A DNA stretch of 64,000 nt from a virus (lineage: Duplodnaviria > Heunggongvirae > Uroviricota > Caudoviricetes): the IMG/VR virus record IMGVR_UViG_3300028394_000043; one strand, 5' to 3'. The notes under the pieces are model-generated. The model saw only the letters and a program-made list of their open reading frames with translations. It did no database searches and had not been told where the DNA came from. Each line of letters opens with the position of its first letter. Positions within the stretch are counted from its first letter, which is position 1. This document shows positions 36,495-45,853 of the stretch, one piece after another. The position numbers and the translations under genes are program-made.

Positions 36495-38252
36495 ATGAAA
36501 GAAGAATTATTTAACTATACCGTAAAGAAGTATCAAGTGTCTGAATACTTGGATACCAATCCTATTCGTCCTCTTAAAAAAGAGGTTGAGGATGATTTTT
36601 GGGGAACGATTGAAACTAGTTTAAGTTCAGGAAGGCATACAAGTTATACGCCTTGGGGTGACTATACTTTTAATGCGGATTACGATACAGAAGAAAAATT
36701 TGTAGAACATTACGGGAACCCACTTGCTCAATTATATTTGAATAGGGTGATTATCTGTGTGACTAAAGAAAATGATAAAGTTTCTTTCAAGGTATTCAAT
36801 TATAGTAAAACAAGACGTGTTGCGGGTAAATGGTTTAGATTAAGTACTAATTGTAAGTTTATTACATTCAACTATAAAACAAATGCGTTATATACCGGTT
36901 CATTAGACAACTACCATTTGAAGAGAAAATGTCGTAAAAATATTAGAAGAGTCCTTTTTAATAATGACCCTATCAATAATATGAGACGATACTTGAGAGA
37001 ATCATTCAACTCAATAGTTGATAAAGATAAAGTGGATATTCCAACAATAGTTAATCAGGTTATCTCAACCTTTGTTAACGCCATTCCCGGAACTGAACTA
37101 TATGCTGACTTACTTCCTGAACAAAGAATCTACAAAAGATACTTGGATGCTCAAGGAATTAAAGTTCCAAACAATTGGTTTGAACTTATGAATACCTATC
37201 CCCAACCAAAGAAGAAAGATTTGGTGAAGTGTGGGTATAAGTATATTGATGCTTTAATGAGGGTTCATAACTTAAAGGGGGATAAAGTTAAGAGGGTATT
37301 ACATAACGTTAAATCATTTGATGGTGTTCTTAATTTTAATAACGCTTGTTCAATATTTGGTGAGAAGTTTATTTTAAATCAATCGGATGAGTTTGTCCAA
37401 TTATTATTGGAACATAATAAACAAAGTACATTTCATAATAATATTGGAAAAGGGTTATTAACAAAAAAAGAGTTTTCCAATTTCTTTGAGATATATAAAT
37501 TATGTCAAAAAGGGTTAGTTAACAGTAATGTAATTGAAGACCACTTTAGATTTTATCGTTTATTGGACCAAATGGAACCGGTTAAATGGACATCAAGAAC
37601 TCACGATGAGTTTGTTCAAGAGCATTATGATTGGTCGGAGAAATATAACCATTACACCAATGGTGACTTTACTAGAATCTACAACCAAGAGTTTGTGGAT
37701 AAAGTAAATGAGGTTATCTTAACCAAAGATGGGTCATATTATCCTGAGGTGTTAACAACATCCAAACGATACAACAACGAGTCCTCATTCCAATCTAATT
37801 GTGTTAAGACATATGTTAGAAGAATTGATTCCTTATTGATATCTATGAGACGAGGTCAAGGAGAAACTGAAGAGAGAGCGTCAATTGAATATCGTATTAC
37901 TTTACCTTCACTACATAACACGTTTGATTTAGAAAGATATCAAACTTTGGGTAAACGTAATGATAGATTGGATGAAAGTTGGGATGACGCATTAATCAAA
38001 TTGGATAATAAAATTTACCAATATGAGGATTTGTTTGATACCTTACAGATTAAAGGTGAGTTCAAAAAAAGAGAATTGTTCTCTGATTGGATGTCAAAAG
38101 ATGTAATAAGATATTCTGTAACTAAAACCGGAAAAGACACTACTGAACGTCAATTATGTTGGAAAAATGATTCAATTATGCAATTAAATTCGTATAATTA
38201 TAATATTGTTCCAGTTCAAAATTGGGATGATAATGATGTTTTCCCATTATAA
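36495..38252 (+). CDS. large hypothetical protein
   Basis: ~585 aa; track start 36474 is TTG, first in-frame ATG at 36495. Confidence 0.45.
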   Translation: MKEELFNYTVKKYQVSEYLDTNPIRPLKKEVEDDFWGTIETSLSSGRHTSYTPWGDYTFNADYDTEEKFVEHYGNPLAQLYLNRVIICVTKENDKVSFKVFNYSKTRRVAGKWFRLSTNCKFITFNYKTNALYTGSLDNYHLKRKCRKNIRRVLFNNDPINNMRRYLRESFNSIVDKDKVDIPTIVNQVISTFVNAIPGTELYADLLPEQRIYKRYLDAQGIKVPNNWFELMNTYPQPKKKDLVKCGYKYIDALMRVHNLKGDKVKRVLHNVKSFDGVLNFNNACSIFGEKFILNQSDEFVQLLLEHNKQSTFHNNIGKGLLTKKEFSNFFEIYKLCQKGLVNSNVIEDHFRFYRLLDQMEPVKWTSRTHDEFVQEHYDWSEKYNHYTNGDFTRIYNQEFVDKVNEVILTKDGSYYPEVLTTSKRYNNESSFQSNCVKTYVRRIDSLLISMRRGQGETEERASIEYRITLPSLHNTFDLERYQTLGKRNDRLDESWDDALIKLDNKIYQYEDLFDTLQIKGEFKKRELFSDWMSKDVIRYSVTKTGKDTTERQLCWKNDSIMQLNSYNYNIVPVQNWDDNDVFPL

Positions 38253-38253
38253 T

Positions 38254-38574
38254 ATGAAAGAAATACCACAACATTGCGTAGATACCTTTAAAGAAAGGTT
38301 TGGAGTTCACCCTAGTATTATAGAGGTGTATCCAACAATTTCTAACGAAGATACAGACAAATTTTTAAATAAATCACATTTACTATGGTTTAATTATTTT
38401 GTGAATAATGAACACAAAATAGTGTATAATGATAGATTATATGAATATGATTCTACCGGTATTTTAATTTTACGAAAGTCGGAGACTAAGATATTTATTT
38501 TAACAAAGGTGGATAAACAAAACGTGGTAGATTATATTTTACTACAAATAAAACGATTAACAAAAAAAGATTAA
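38254..38574 (+). CDS. hypothetical protein
   Basis: ATG (MKEIPQH) directly after upstream stop. Confidence 0.4.
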   Translation: MKEIPQHCVDTFKERFGVHPSIIEVYPTISNEDTDKFLNKSHLLWFNYFVNNEHKIVYNDRLYEYDSTGILILRKSETKIFILTKVDKQNVVDYILLQIKRLTKKD

Positions 38575-38576
38575 GA

Positions 38577-38900
38577 ATGGAAATTACACAAGAATTATTA
38601 CAGGAAAAAATTAACAATGGGGAAAAATTAGTGGTAGACTTTTGGGCTCCGTGGTGCGGACCTTGTAAAGTTATGAAACCGGCTTTTGAAAAAGTTTCAG
38701 AGGAGTATAGAAAAGAAAATTCAGAGGTTCAATTATTCACTTTGAATGTTGAAGAGAATAAAGAATTTGCGTCTCAGTTAGGTATTAGAGCAATCCCAAC
38801 AGTTAAATCATTTTCTGATGGTAAAGAAGTGTATTCTCAGCCGGGAATGCAAATGGAAGGTCAAATTAAACAATTGGTAACTAACCTAATCAATGGATAA
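38577..38900 (+). CDS. thioredoxin
   Basis: WAPWCGPCK active site, 107 aa. Confidence 0.8.
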   Translation: MEITQELLQEKINNGEKLVVDFWAPWCGPCKVMKPAFEKVSEEYRKENSEVQLFTLNVEENKEFASQLGIRAIPTVKSFSDGKEVYSQPGMQMEGQIKQLVTNLING

Positions 38901-39180
38901 GTTATTGTTTATCTTCACAATGGATGGTTGTCCGTATTGTGTTCAAATGAAAGATAAATTAAAAGAGTCTAATATTGATTTTCTTGAGAGAGATATCTTT
39001 GAACATAATGATGAGTATGAAATGTTTGTTGAGGTAACTCAAAACGATTTTGTACCGGCATTTATGATTATTGAGAATCCGGATAAGGATAATGAAAAAA
39101 GTTTCTTATTTGCTCCGGATAGAGATTATGAAGACATTGACGATGGTGTGTTAATTATTAAAGAACACTTTAAAAAATAA
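38893..39180 (+). CDS. glutaredoxin
   Basis: DGCPYC active site near N-terminus, 95 aa. Confidence 0.7.
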   Translation: MDKLLFIFTMDGCPYCVQMKDKLKESNIDFLERDIFEHNDEYEMFVEVTQNDFVPAFMIIENPDKDNEKSFLFAPDRDYEDIDDGVLIIKEHFKK

Positions 39181-39181
39181 A

Positions 39182-39210
39182 AAGTCCCCTTGATTGGGGA
39201 CTTTCTTTTT
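39182..39210. terminator. bidirectional rho-independent terminator
   Basis: AAGTCCCC-TTGATT-GGGGACTT flanked by A-run and T-run; between convergent genes. Confidence 0.7.
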
Positions 39211-40027
39211 AGAATAATATCAGGTCTTTAACTTTATCTTTTACGAGCCAAGGTTTTTTATCAAATGGTTTAGTTAAATCTTCCATAATATCGTAACCTT
39301 TTATTTTATCATTAAAGATTAACATATCAAAATCAAATACATCTAAGACCATAGAGATTATATCTTTTCGTGGGAATAAACTCGTTGAGTAAAGATTAAT
39401 TTGATTGTCCTCATCTTCTTTAACGGACGAATATTTGAAAGTTAACTTATCGGTTAGTATTACATCAAATAATTGATTACAGATGTATTCTGAATAGTAA
39501 TACTCCTGTCTTCCCATACTTAAACTATACCCGTGGGGAAATTCGGATGATACATTTAACGGTGCGTATGTGAAATACGGTAAATTAGATGTGTTATTCT
39601 CTGAATAGTCCAACTCGTACTCCAATTTGGTTGTGTATTGAATAGTGTTGAATAAAGGTTGTGGGTTATCAACTAAAGTATTAATAACCTTGTGGTGATA
39701 TGATGGTCTTGTTGATGAGTAGAAGTCAAAAGTGTAATCTGTTTTCTTCGCTAATTCCTGACTATAAATAATCAGGTCAATAATGTTTAGATTAGTGTAA
39801 CCGTACTTCTCTAATAATGTTTTATATTCTTTGGTGAACTCTTCTTTCATTTGAACCATATCCAAAATCTTATCAGAGTTGGTTAAACCGTTAACGACAA
39901 AAAACTTACCACAGTCTGTAACTTCAATTACCACATCGTAATTATGTGTTTTGTTTATCTCTTTAACTAAAAAGTCAGCAAATATACTAACTAATCCTTT
40001 GTTTGAATTTTCATTTATGTATTTCAT
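39209..40027 (-). CDS. hypothetical protein
   Basis: 272 aa ORF, no motif recognised. Confidence 0.45.
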   Translation of the reverse strand: MKYINENSNKGLVSIFADFLVKEINKTHNYDVVIEVTDCGKFFVVNGLTNSDKILDMVQMKEEFTKEYKTLLEKYGYTNLNIIDLIIYSQELAKKTDYTFDFYSSTRPSYHHKVINTLVDNPQPLFNTIQYTTKLEYELDYSENNTSNLPYFTYAPLNVSSEFPHGYSLSMGRQEYYYSEYICNQLFDVILTDKLTFKYSSVKEDEDNQINLYSTSLFPRKDIISMVLDVFDFDMLIFNDKIKGYDIMEDLTKPFDKKPWLVKDKVKDLILF

Positions 40028-40082
40028 ATTTTTAAATTATACCAATGAATAATGAAAATAATTTAATTAATAAATAGATAAT

Positions 40083-40112
40083 AAAAAAAGGGACCGAAGT
40101 CCCTTTGAATTT
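40083..40112 (-). terminator. rho-independent terminator (minus strand)
   Basis: AGGGAC-CGAA-GTCCCT; on minus strand hairpin is followed by TTTTTTT. Confidence 0.65.
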
Positions 40113-40127
40113 TCACATAATGAAATA

Positions 40128-40286
40128 TTATTTTTTGTTGTAATATTTCTCTACAACTTTACGGATTGACTCTTGGATTGGCGCTGTTTTAGGCTGTGGT
40201 GCCTGAGACGGTGCCTGAGGTTGAGATTGTCCCGATTGTTGTACCGGTTGTGATTGATTTGCTTTGTTTTTACATCCGCAGCCCAT
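40128..40286 (-). CDS. small Gln/Pro-rich protein starting MGCGCK
   Basis: 52-aa ORF not in track; locally GC-rich; own terminator downstream. Confidence 0.3.
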   Translation of the reverse strand: MGCGCKNKANQSQPVQQSGQSQPQAPSQAPQPKTAPIQESIRKVVEKYYNKK

Positions 40287-40354
40287 AATTTTAAATTATT
40301 AAACGTTTATAACCATAAATATCAACGATAATAGTAATATGTAAATATATTTTA

Positions 40355-40362
40355 TATCTTTG
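40355..40362 (+). promoter_or_regulatory. -7 element TATCTTTG upstream of 40378
   Basis: TAnnTTTG match. Confidence 0.3.
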
Positions 40363-40377
40363 TTGATATTTATTATT

Positions 40378-41739
40378 ATGAATAAAAGAATACAACTTAA
40401 CGAGAAATCATTATCCAAGTATATTAAAAAACTTACTGAAGAAGTTGAGGGGGAATATTATAAAATATCTCCGGAAGAATATTTGGAATTAATGAGATTG
40501 GGTAGTTATCACGGGAAAGCGATAACTAAAATGAAAAGGTTTGAAGGTAAACCTTTATGGATTACTGGTGACTTAACCCTTGATAGTACTCCAACTGATA
40601 GTTTAGGTAATGTTGCCTATATTGATGGGTCATTGAATATTAGTAGAACTAATGTGTCCAATCTTGGTGATATGAAAGTTAAGGGATATATTTCTGACCA
40701 TAATTCTCCTCGTGAGAGAATTAGAGAAAAACAAGAACTAAATGCTAAACTTGGTGAACAAGAATCTCTTCGTGATGGCGATGAGTGGGCTTTAGAACAA
40801 GGTGATGAGACCGGAGAAAAGGCTCACGCGTTATTTGATAACTTAGTAAGTATTGGTGAAATTGATGCTTTAGATGAGGATGGTAGAGAAAAGTTGAAAG
40901 TTCTTAAAGTTAAGTTAGATGAGTTACAGAAAAGATATGATGAGACTGATGACGATGATATGGTGAGTCAATTAACTGATGCTATTGAAGAGACTGAAAG
41001 TGAAATTGAAGAATTAGAAGAGAATAATGTAGATGTGTATATGATGTATCCACAACCAAGATATACTCATTATGGTTTAACTCAATTTGAAGTTTTAATA
41101 CCTGGATTTAAAGGTAATGAATACTCGGTTGGAACTTATGAAGAGATGGACGAGGCGGCATTACAATACGCAAAATCTTATATTGATGATGTTGGGGCTG
41201 ATGGATTTAATGAATCATTTATTGAAGATTATTTAGATGTTGACGCAATTGTTAATATGGCGGAAGAAGATTATGATTATCAAATTAGAGATTATCCGGA
41301 TAGTTACTTCAGTGATGAGGATTATCAATTGACTGATGAACAAGAAGAAAGGATAGAACAACTTGAATCTCAAATTGAGGATTTAAATCAACAGAGACTT
41401 GAATTAGATTCTGATGATGAAAATTATTATGATTATGATGAGGATTTAGAAAATCAAATTGAAGCTCTTCAAGAAGAGTTAGATAGTATTGAGGTTGAAA
41501 CTGAACCAACTGACGATATGATTGATACTAAAGTTGCGGAACTTGTTAGAGACGTAAGAAGAGACCCATTAGATTATCTTAAAAATCTTGGTTTAGATAT
41601 TAAAGAATATATTGATGAAGACGAACTTGCTCAAGGTTTAGTTGATTCTGATGGTTGGGGTATTATGAATAGTTATGATGGTCAATATGATAGTGAAGAA
41701 GTTAACGGTGTGACGTATTATATTATGAGAACTAACTAA
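40378..41739 (+). CDS. highly acidic coiled-coil protein
   Basis: ATG at 40378 (track start 40360 is TTG); D/E-rich. Confidence 0.45.
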   Translation: MNKRIQLNEKSLSKYIKKLTEEVEGEYYKISPEEYLELMRLGSYHGKAITKMKRFEGKPLWITGDLTLDSTPTDSLGNVAYIDGSLNISRTNVSNLGDMKVKGYISDHNSPRERIREKQELNAKLGEQESLRDGDEWALEQGDETGEKAHALFDNLVSIGEIDALDEDGREKLKVLKVKLDELQKRYDETDDDDMVSQLTDAIEETESEIEELEENNVDVYMMYPQPRYTHYGLTQFEVLIPGFKGNEYSVGTYEEMDEAALQYAKSYIDDVGADGFNESFIEDYLDVDAIVNMAEEDYDYQIRDYPDSYFSDEDYQLTDEQEERIEQLESQIEDLNQQRLELDSDDENYYDYDEDLENQIEALQEELDSIEVETEPTDDMIDTKVAELVRDVRRDPLDYLKNLGLDIKEYIDEDELAQGLVDSDGWGIMNSYDGQYDSEEVNGVTYYIMRTN

Positions 41740-41789
41740 AACTATTCCTTTTTACAAATAAGTTTCATATATTTTGAGTAATATAATAT

Positions 41790-42557
41790 ATGGAAAAAAA
41801 ACAAAAAAATAAGAAGGTAAATTTTATTATGGACACTGATTGGTTGTTTGAGGGAATCCTTGACGCTGAACAGAAACAATACATCTTATTGGATTACTTC
41901 CAAAAGATGAATAAATATTTAGAAGAAATGAAGGTTTATCCTATGTTTATAGAACTTTCATTACATTTAGGGAACATCCAAACCCTAATTAATCAAAACA
42001 AAATTTTATATACGGATAGAAAATTAACTTCCAATGATGATGAACTAGTGTTATCTGACTTGAAAGTTAAGGATATCCCTATATTAGACGATGAGGAATT
42101 AATTGAGTATGAAAAAATATTAAAAACTTGTCAACCACAACTACACGACTATTTTAACTACGCAAAATCTATTTGGAGTATTGTTTACGATTCTATTGAA
42201 GTTGTCGTAAAAAGAAACAAAATGAATTTACAAAGTAAATCCGGATTCTTTTATTATAAAACTAAAGAAAAGTTGTATATTTGGATGTATACAACAAAGA
42301 AAGTCTACAAATCAAATAATCAAACAAAAACTACGTTGCAATCAATTTACGATGGTGAGTATTTAGATTTGACTATTCCAGAAATTATCTCTAAATTTTC
42401 TAAAACATACGAAAAAAATAATGAATCTGATTTTCCTATTTTTGAAGTGTTATGTAGCGACATATTCCCGTTGGAAGAAACATTGATTCCAATTTTCAAA
42501 AGAAGAGTATTGGCGTATATTAATCAAACTATTAATCTTAAAAAATACATAGAATAA
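41790..42557 (+). CDS. hypothetical protein
   Basis: 255 aa ORF. Confidence 0.45.
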   Translation: MEKKQKNKKVNFIMDTDWLFEGILDAEQKQYILLDYFQKMNKYLEEMKVYPMFIELSLHLGNIQTLINQNKILYTDRKLTSNDDELVLSDLKVKDIPILDDEELIEYEKILKTCQPQLHDYFNYAKSIWSIVYDSIEVVVKRNKMNLQSKSGFFYYKTKEKLYIWMYTTKKVYKSNNQTKTTLQSIYDGEYLDLTIPEIISKFSKTYEKNNESDFPIFEVLCSDIFPLEETLIPIFKRRVLAYINQTINLKKYIE

Positions 42558-42560
42558 CAA

Positions 42561-42743
42561 ATGGACAAAAAACAAATCAAATCATTGATGGATAAGTTAC
42601 GACAACCAATCCACATCAGTTACATCTCCAAATACATTCTTAGAAAAGATATGGATGAAACAAAAAGACAATTAGATATTTTGATATCTGAGGGATATGT
42701 TAAAGAAAGTACTTTAAGTGGTGGATATTATGTGGCTATCTAA
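42561..42743 (+). CDS. small hypothetical protein
   Basis: 60 aa. Confidence 0.35.
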   Translation: MDKKQIKSLMDKLRQPIHISYISKYILRKDMDETKRQLDILISEGYVKESTLSGGYYVAI

Positions 42744-42951
42744 AAAAACATATTACATTGGTAGTGGTTGTAGTCAAACTATAATTAGAGTACTCAAGTA
42801 TTCTATTTTATTTAGTATATCACCATCCGGGTGGTCTATTAGATTTAATGATGGGTTTGGGATTAATGTTACAACAAAACCATTATTCTCTGTAAGAAAT
42901 GGTTATAAAAAAAGTATAAAAATAAATAAATATTATATTGTTAAATTATGA
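42730..42951 (+). CDS. small hypothetical protein (low confidence, overlaps neighbours)
   Basis: ORF ending ATGA-overlap with GS gene. Confidence 0.25.
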   Translation: MWLSKKTYYIGSGCSQTIIRVLKYSILFSISPSGWSIRFNDGFGINVTTKPLFSVRNGYKKSIKINKYYIVKL

Positions 42952-44060
42952 AAGTGAAGTTGGAATACATTTGGCTTGACGGATACAAGCCGGAACCAAA
43001 TTTAAGAAGTAAAATTAAAGTTGTTGATACATTACCAAAAGAGGTTAGTGATATTCCTGCGTGGGGTTTTGATGGTAGTTCAACTATGCAAGCCGAAGGA
43101 TTCTCTTCAGATTGTTACCTTAAACCTGTTAGAATGTATAAAAAAGGTAATACTAATTTGGTTTATGTTTTATGTGAGGTGTTGGATAAAGATAATAAAC
43201 CACACGAAACAAACGACAGAAGTAAGTTAGGTGATGAAGATACCGATTTTTGGATTGGGTTTGAACAAGAATACTTTATTCGTTCAGCTCACAACAAAGA
43301 TGTTCTAGGGTTTGAAAGAGGTGGAACTGTTGACCCACAAGGTAAATACTATTGTGGTGTTGGTGGACAAATAGTTGGTAGAGATTTAAGTGATGAACAT
43401 TTAAATTATTGTCTTGAGTTAGGTATTAATGTTGAGGGAACCAATGCTGAGGTTGCGTTAGGACAATGGGAATATCAAATATTCTCCAAAGGTAAATTAG
43501 CATCAGCTGATGACTTATGGATGTCAAGATACATCTTACATAAACTAGCCGAGAAAAGAGGTTATGCAATTGAACTTCATCCAAAACCAATTCAAATTGG
43601 GGAGTGGAATGGTTCAGGGTTACACACAAACTTCTCAAACAAAAAGATGAGAGAAGTAGGTGGGGAAGATTATTTTAAATTAATTTTTGGTTCATTTGAT
43701 TCAAGACAAAATATTCATATTGAAAACTATGGTTCGGATAATCATTTAAGATTAACTGGTAAATTTGAGACACAATCAATCGACAAATTTAGTTGGGGTA
43801 TATCGGATAGAGGGGCGTCTATTAGAGTTCCTAAATCAGTTGGTGAAACTTGGAAAGGTTACCTTGAGGATAGAAGACCATCGTCAAACGCTAATCCGTA
43901 TAAAGTTATTGGTGTTATTTATGACGCATTGGTTTTTGCTAACCAATTGGAAAAAACCATTCACGCAATGTATGACGATGTGGATACATCAAAAATCAGA
44001 GAACAATTCTCGGGTATTATGTCAAATGAAGAATTATTAGGGGAATATAGAGAAGAATAG
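42948..44060 (+). CDS. glutamine synthetase, type II (eukaryote-like GSII)
   Basis: Near-colinear GSII motifs: WGFDGSSTMQAEG, GTNAEVALGQWEYQI, KPIQIGEWNGSGLHTNFS, RLTGKFETQSIDKFSWGISDRGASIRVP, GYLEDRRPSSNANPY. Confidence 0.8.
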   Translation: MKVKLEYIWLDGYKPEPNLRSKIKVVDTLPKEVSDIPAWGFDGSSTMQAEGFSSDCYLKPVRMYKKGNTNLVYVLCEVLDKDNKPHETNDRSKLGDEDTDFWIGFEQEYFIRSAHNKDVLGFERGGTVDPQGKYYCGVGGQIVGRDLSDEHLNYCLELGINVEGTNAEVALGQWEYQIFSKGKLASADDLWMSRYILHKLAEKRGYAIELHPKPIQIGEWNGSGLHTNFSNKKMREVGGEDYFKLIFGSFDSRQNIHIENYGSDNHLRLTGKFETQSIDKFSWGISDRGASIRVPKSVGETWKGYLEDRRPSSNANPYKVIGVIYDALVFANQLEKTIHAMYDDVDTSKIREQFSGIMSNEELLGEYREE

Positions 44061-44061
44061 T

Positions 44062-44298
44062 ATGTCAGAAAATAAAGAAATGGTAAATCACCCGGAACAT
44101 TACGGGGGACAAGACAATCCATATGAGGTTGTAAAAGTGTGTGAAGCTTGGGGTCTTGATAAAGATGCTTATATCTTCAATGTTGTAAAATATGTCGCAA
44201 GAGCTGGTAAGAAAGATTCTGATAAAGAACTTCAGGATATGAAAAAAGCGTTGTGGTATTTGAATCGTAAAATTGAACGTCTTGAAAGTGGTTGTTGA
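44062..44298 (+). CDS. DUF3310-family phage protein
   Basis: NHPEHY...VKYVARAGKK...ALWYLNR pattern typical of DUF3310. Confidence 0.5.
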   Translation: MSENKEMVNHPEHYGGQDNPYEVVKVCEAWGLDKDAYIFNVVKYVARAGKKDSDKELQDMKKALWYLNRKIERLESGC

Positions 44299-44584
44299 TA
44301 TTGATGAATACGCAGAAGGTGCGATTCTATTGGATGGGTTAGAAAGTGCAATAGTTGGGATTGTTGAGGAGTTTGGTTCTTCGGGCAGAAAGATATTATA
44401 TTCAAAACAAGGGATATTAAATATACTACAAGAAAGAGACCTAATGACTTATGGTGAAGCGGAAGAGTTTTACGATTATAATATATTAGGGTTACACGCA
44501 GGTGAGCAGAACGCAGTGTTTTTAGATTTAGAAATAATACCAATTAAAAAAGAAGATGGTTGGGAATACCAATTAAAAGAGTAA
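44288..44584 (+). CDS. hypothetical protein (non-ATG start)
   Basis: No in-frame ATG near 5' end; GTG 44288 or TTG 44273. Confidence 0.35.
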   Translation: MVVDIDEYAEGAILLDGLESAIVGIVEEFGSSGRKILYSKQGILNILQERDLMTYGEAEEFYDYNILGLHAGEQNAVFLDLEIIPIKKEDGWEYQLKE

Positions 44585-44585
44585 G

Positions 44586-45449
44586 ATGATAGAAACAGGA
44601 AAGATTATAAATGGAGATTGTATTGAGGTAATGAAAACATTTCCTGAAGGTTCAATTGATTTACTAGTAACATCACCACCATATAACGTAAACATATCTT
44701 ATGATGTTCATAAGGATGATTTACCAATGGAAGAGTATTACGAGTGGTCAAAAGATTGGTTGAGAGAGGCGTTCCGAGTATTGAAGGATGATGGTAGGAT
44801 TGCGGTGAATGTTCCAAATGAATTGAATGTTCAAGAAAGAGGTGGGAGAATATTATTTGTTGCGGAGTTTTGGATGATGATGAAAGAAGTGGGGTTTAAG
44901 TTTAGTGGGTTAGTTGACCTTACAGAAGATAGTCCCCATAGAGTTAGACAGACAGCTTGGGGTTCTTGGATGAGTGCTTCAGCACCTTATGTTTACAATC
45001 CTAAAGAGTGTATAATTTTAGCTTATAAGAAAACAAGTAAAAAATTATCTAAAGGGGTCTCACAATGGTTGGGAACACCAACTGAGGTTACTACTGAAGA
45101 TGGTAAGGTTAAAAATAAAATGGTTTATCAAGACGAAGACAAGAAAGAGTTTATGAATTTGGTGTTTGGTCGATGGGAATATTTTGCGGACACTAGGTCA
45201 TTAACTAAAGCTACATTCTCGATGGACATCCCGTCAAAAGCAATTAAAATATTGTCTTATAAGAACGATATTGTTCTTGACCCCTTTATGGGAAGTGGAA
45301 CATCAGCATTTGCGGCTGAGTTATTAGATAGACGATGGATTGGAATTGAGTTGTCTCCGGATTATACTGAGATTGCAAGAAAAAGAGTCCAAGCGTTAAT
45401 TGATGAACGAAAACAAACAAAATTAGAATTAAAAGAAGAGGTTGTATAA
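44586..45449 (+). CDS. beta-class DNA methyltransferase (N4-cytosine or N6-adenine)
   Basis: N-terminal LLVTSPPYN (motif IV) and C-terminal DPFMGSGTSAFAA (motif I): order IV then I. Confidence 0.8.
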   Translation: MIETGKIINGDCIEVMKTFPEGSIDLLVTSPPYNVNISYDVHKDDLPMEEYYEWSKDWLREAFRVLKDDGRIAVNVPNELNVQERGGRILFVAEFWMMMKEVGFKFSGLVDLTEDSPHRVRQTAWGSWMSASAPYVYNPKECIILAYKKTSKKLSKGVSQWLGTPTEVTTEDGKVKNKMVYQDEDKKEFMNLVFGRWEYFADTRSLTKATFSMDIPSKAIKILSYKNDIVLDPFMGSGTSAFAAELLDRRWIGIELSPDYTEIARKRVQALIDERKQTKLELKEEVV

Positions 45450-45492
45450 CCTCTTTTTTATTTTCCGTATATTTATAACTAAAAGATTTATT

Positions 45493-45852
45493 ATGGCAAA
45501 AAGATTTATAATTTCCGAAGAAGAAAGAAACGATATCCGTTCAAGATATAATTTAATTAACGAAGATGAAATGATGGGTGGGGCAAATAGTTTTACTGAT
45601 ACATTATTAAATGCTATTAAAAAAAATCCTGATTATGGATTACCTAAAACAAACGCTTTACAGGTAATTGCTGTTAAAGGTGCTCCCACAGTTGGTGGAA
45701 TTGTTGTTAAGACTGGTTCTGCGATTCGTTTAACTGATAAAGTTACGATGAAACTTGGTGAGGCGATTGAGTTTAAAGGGATTAATGGATGGGGTGCCGG
45801 AAAATTAAGATGTGAAGATAATCAAATTAAATTTTTCTTAAGCTGGGATTAA
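45493..45852 (+). CDS. hypothetical protein
   Basis: ATG MAKRFIIS inside track ORF 45442-45852. Confidence 0.4.
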   Translation: MAKRFIISEEERNDIRSRYNLINEDEMMGGANSFTDTLLNAIKKNPDYGLPKTNALQVIAVKGAPTVGGIVVKTGSAIRLTDKVTMKLGEAIEFKGINGWGAGKLRCEDNQIKFFLSWD

Positions 45853-45853
45853 T

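Noticed and set aside
39209-40027. Thymidylate synthase (ThyX), dCMP deaminase or hydroxymethylase, guessed from the neighbouring Trx/Grx genes
   Set aside because: None of the diagnostic motifs (ThyX RHRxxSxxxxSxR, deaminase HAE...PCxxC) are present.
42948-44060. PurZ/PurA-like (Z-base) or other DNA-hypermodification enzyme instead of glutamine synthetase
   Set aside because: The sequence lacks the PurA GDEGKGK P-loop and aligns along its whole length with GSII motifs.
44232-44817. Minus-strand ORFs 44232-44543 and 44605-44817
   Set aside because: Antisense to the DUF3310 and methyltransferase genes, which have clear motifs.
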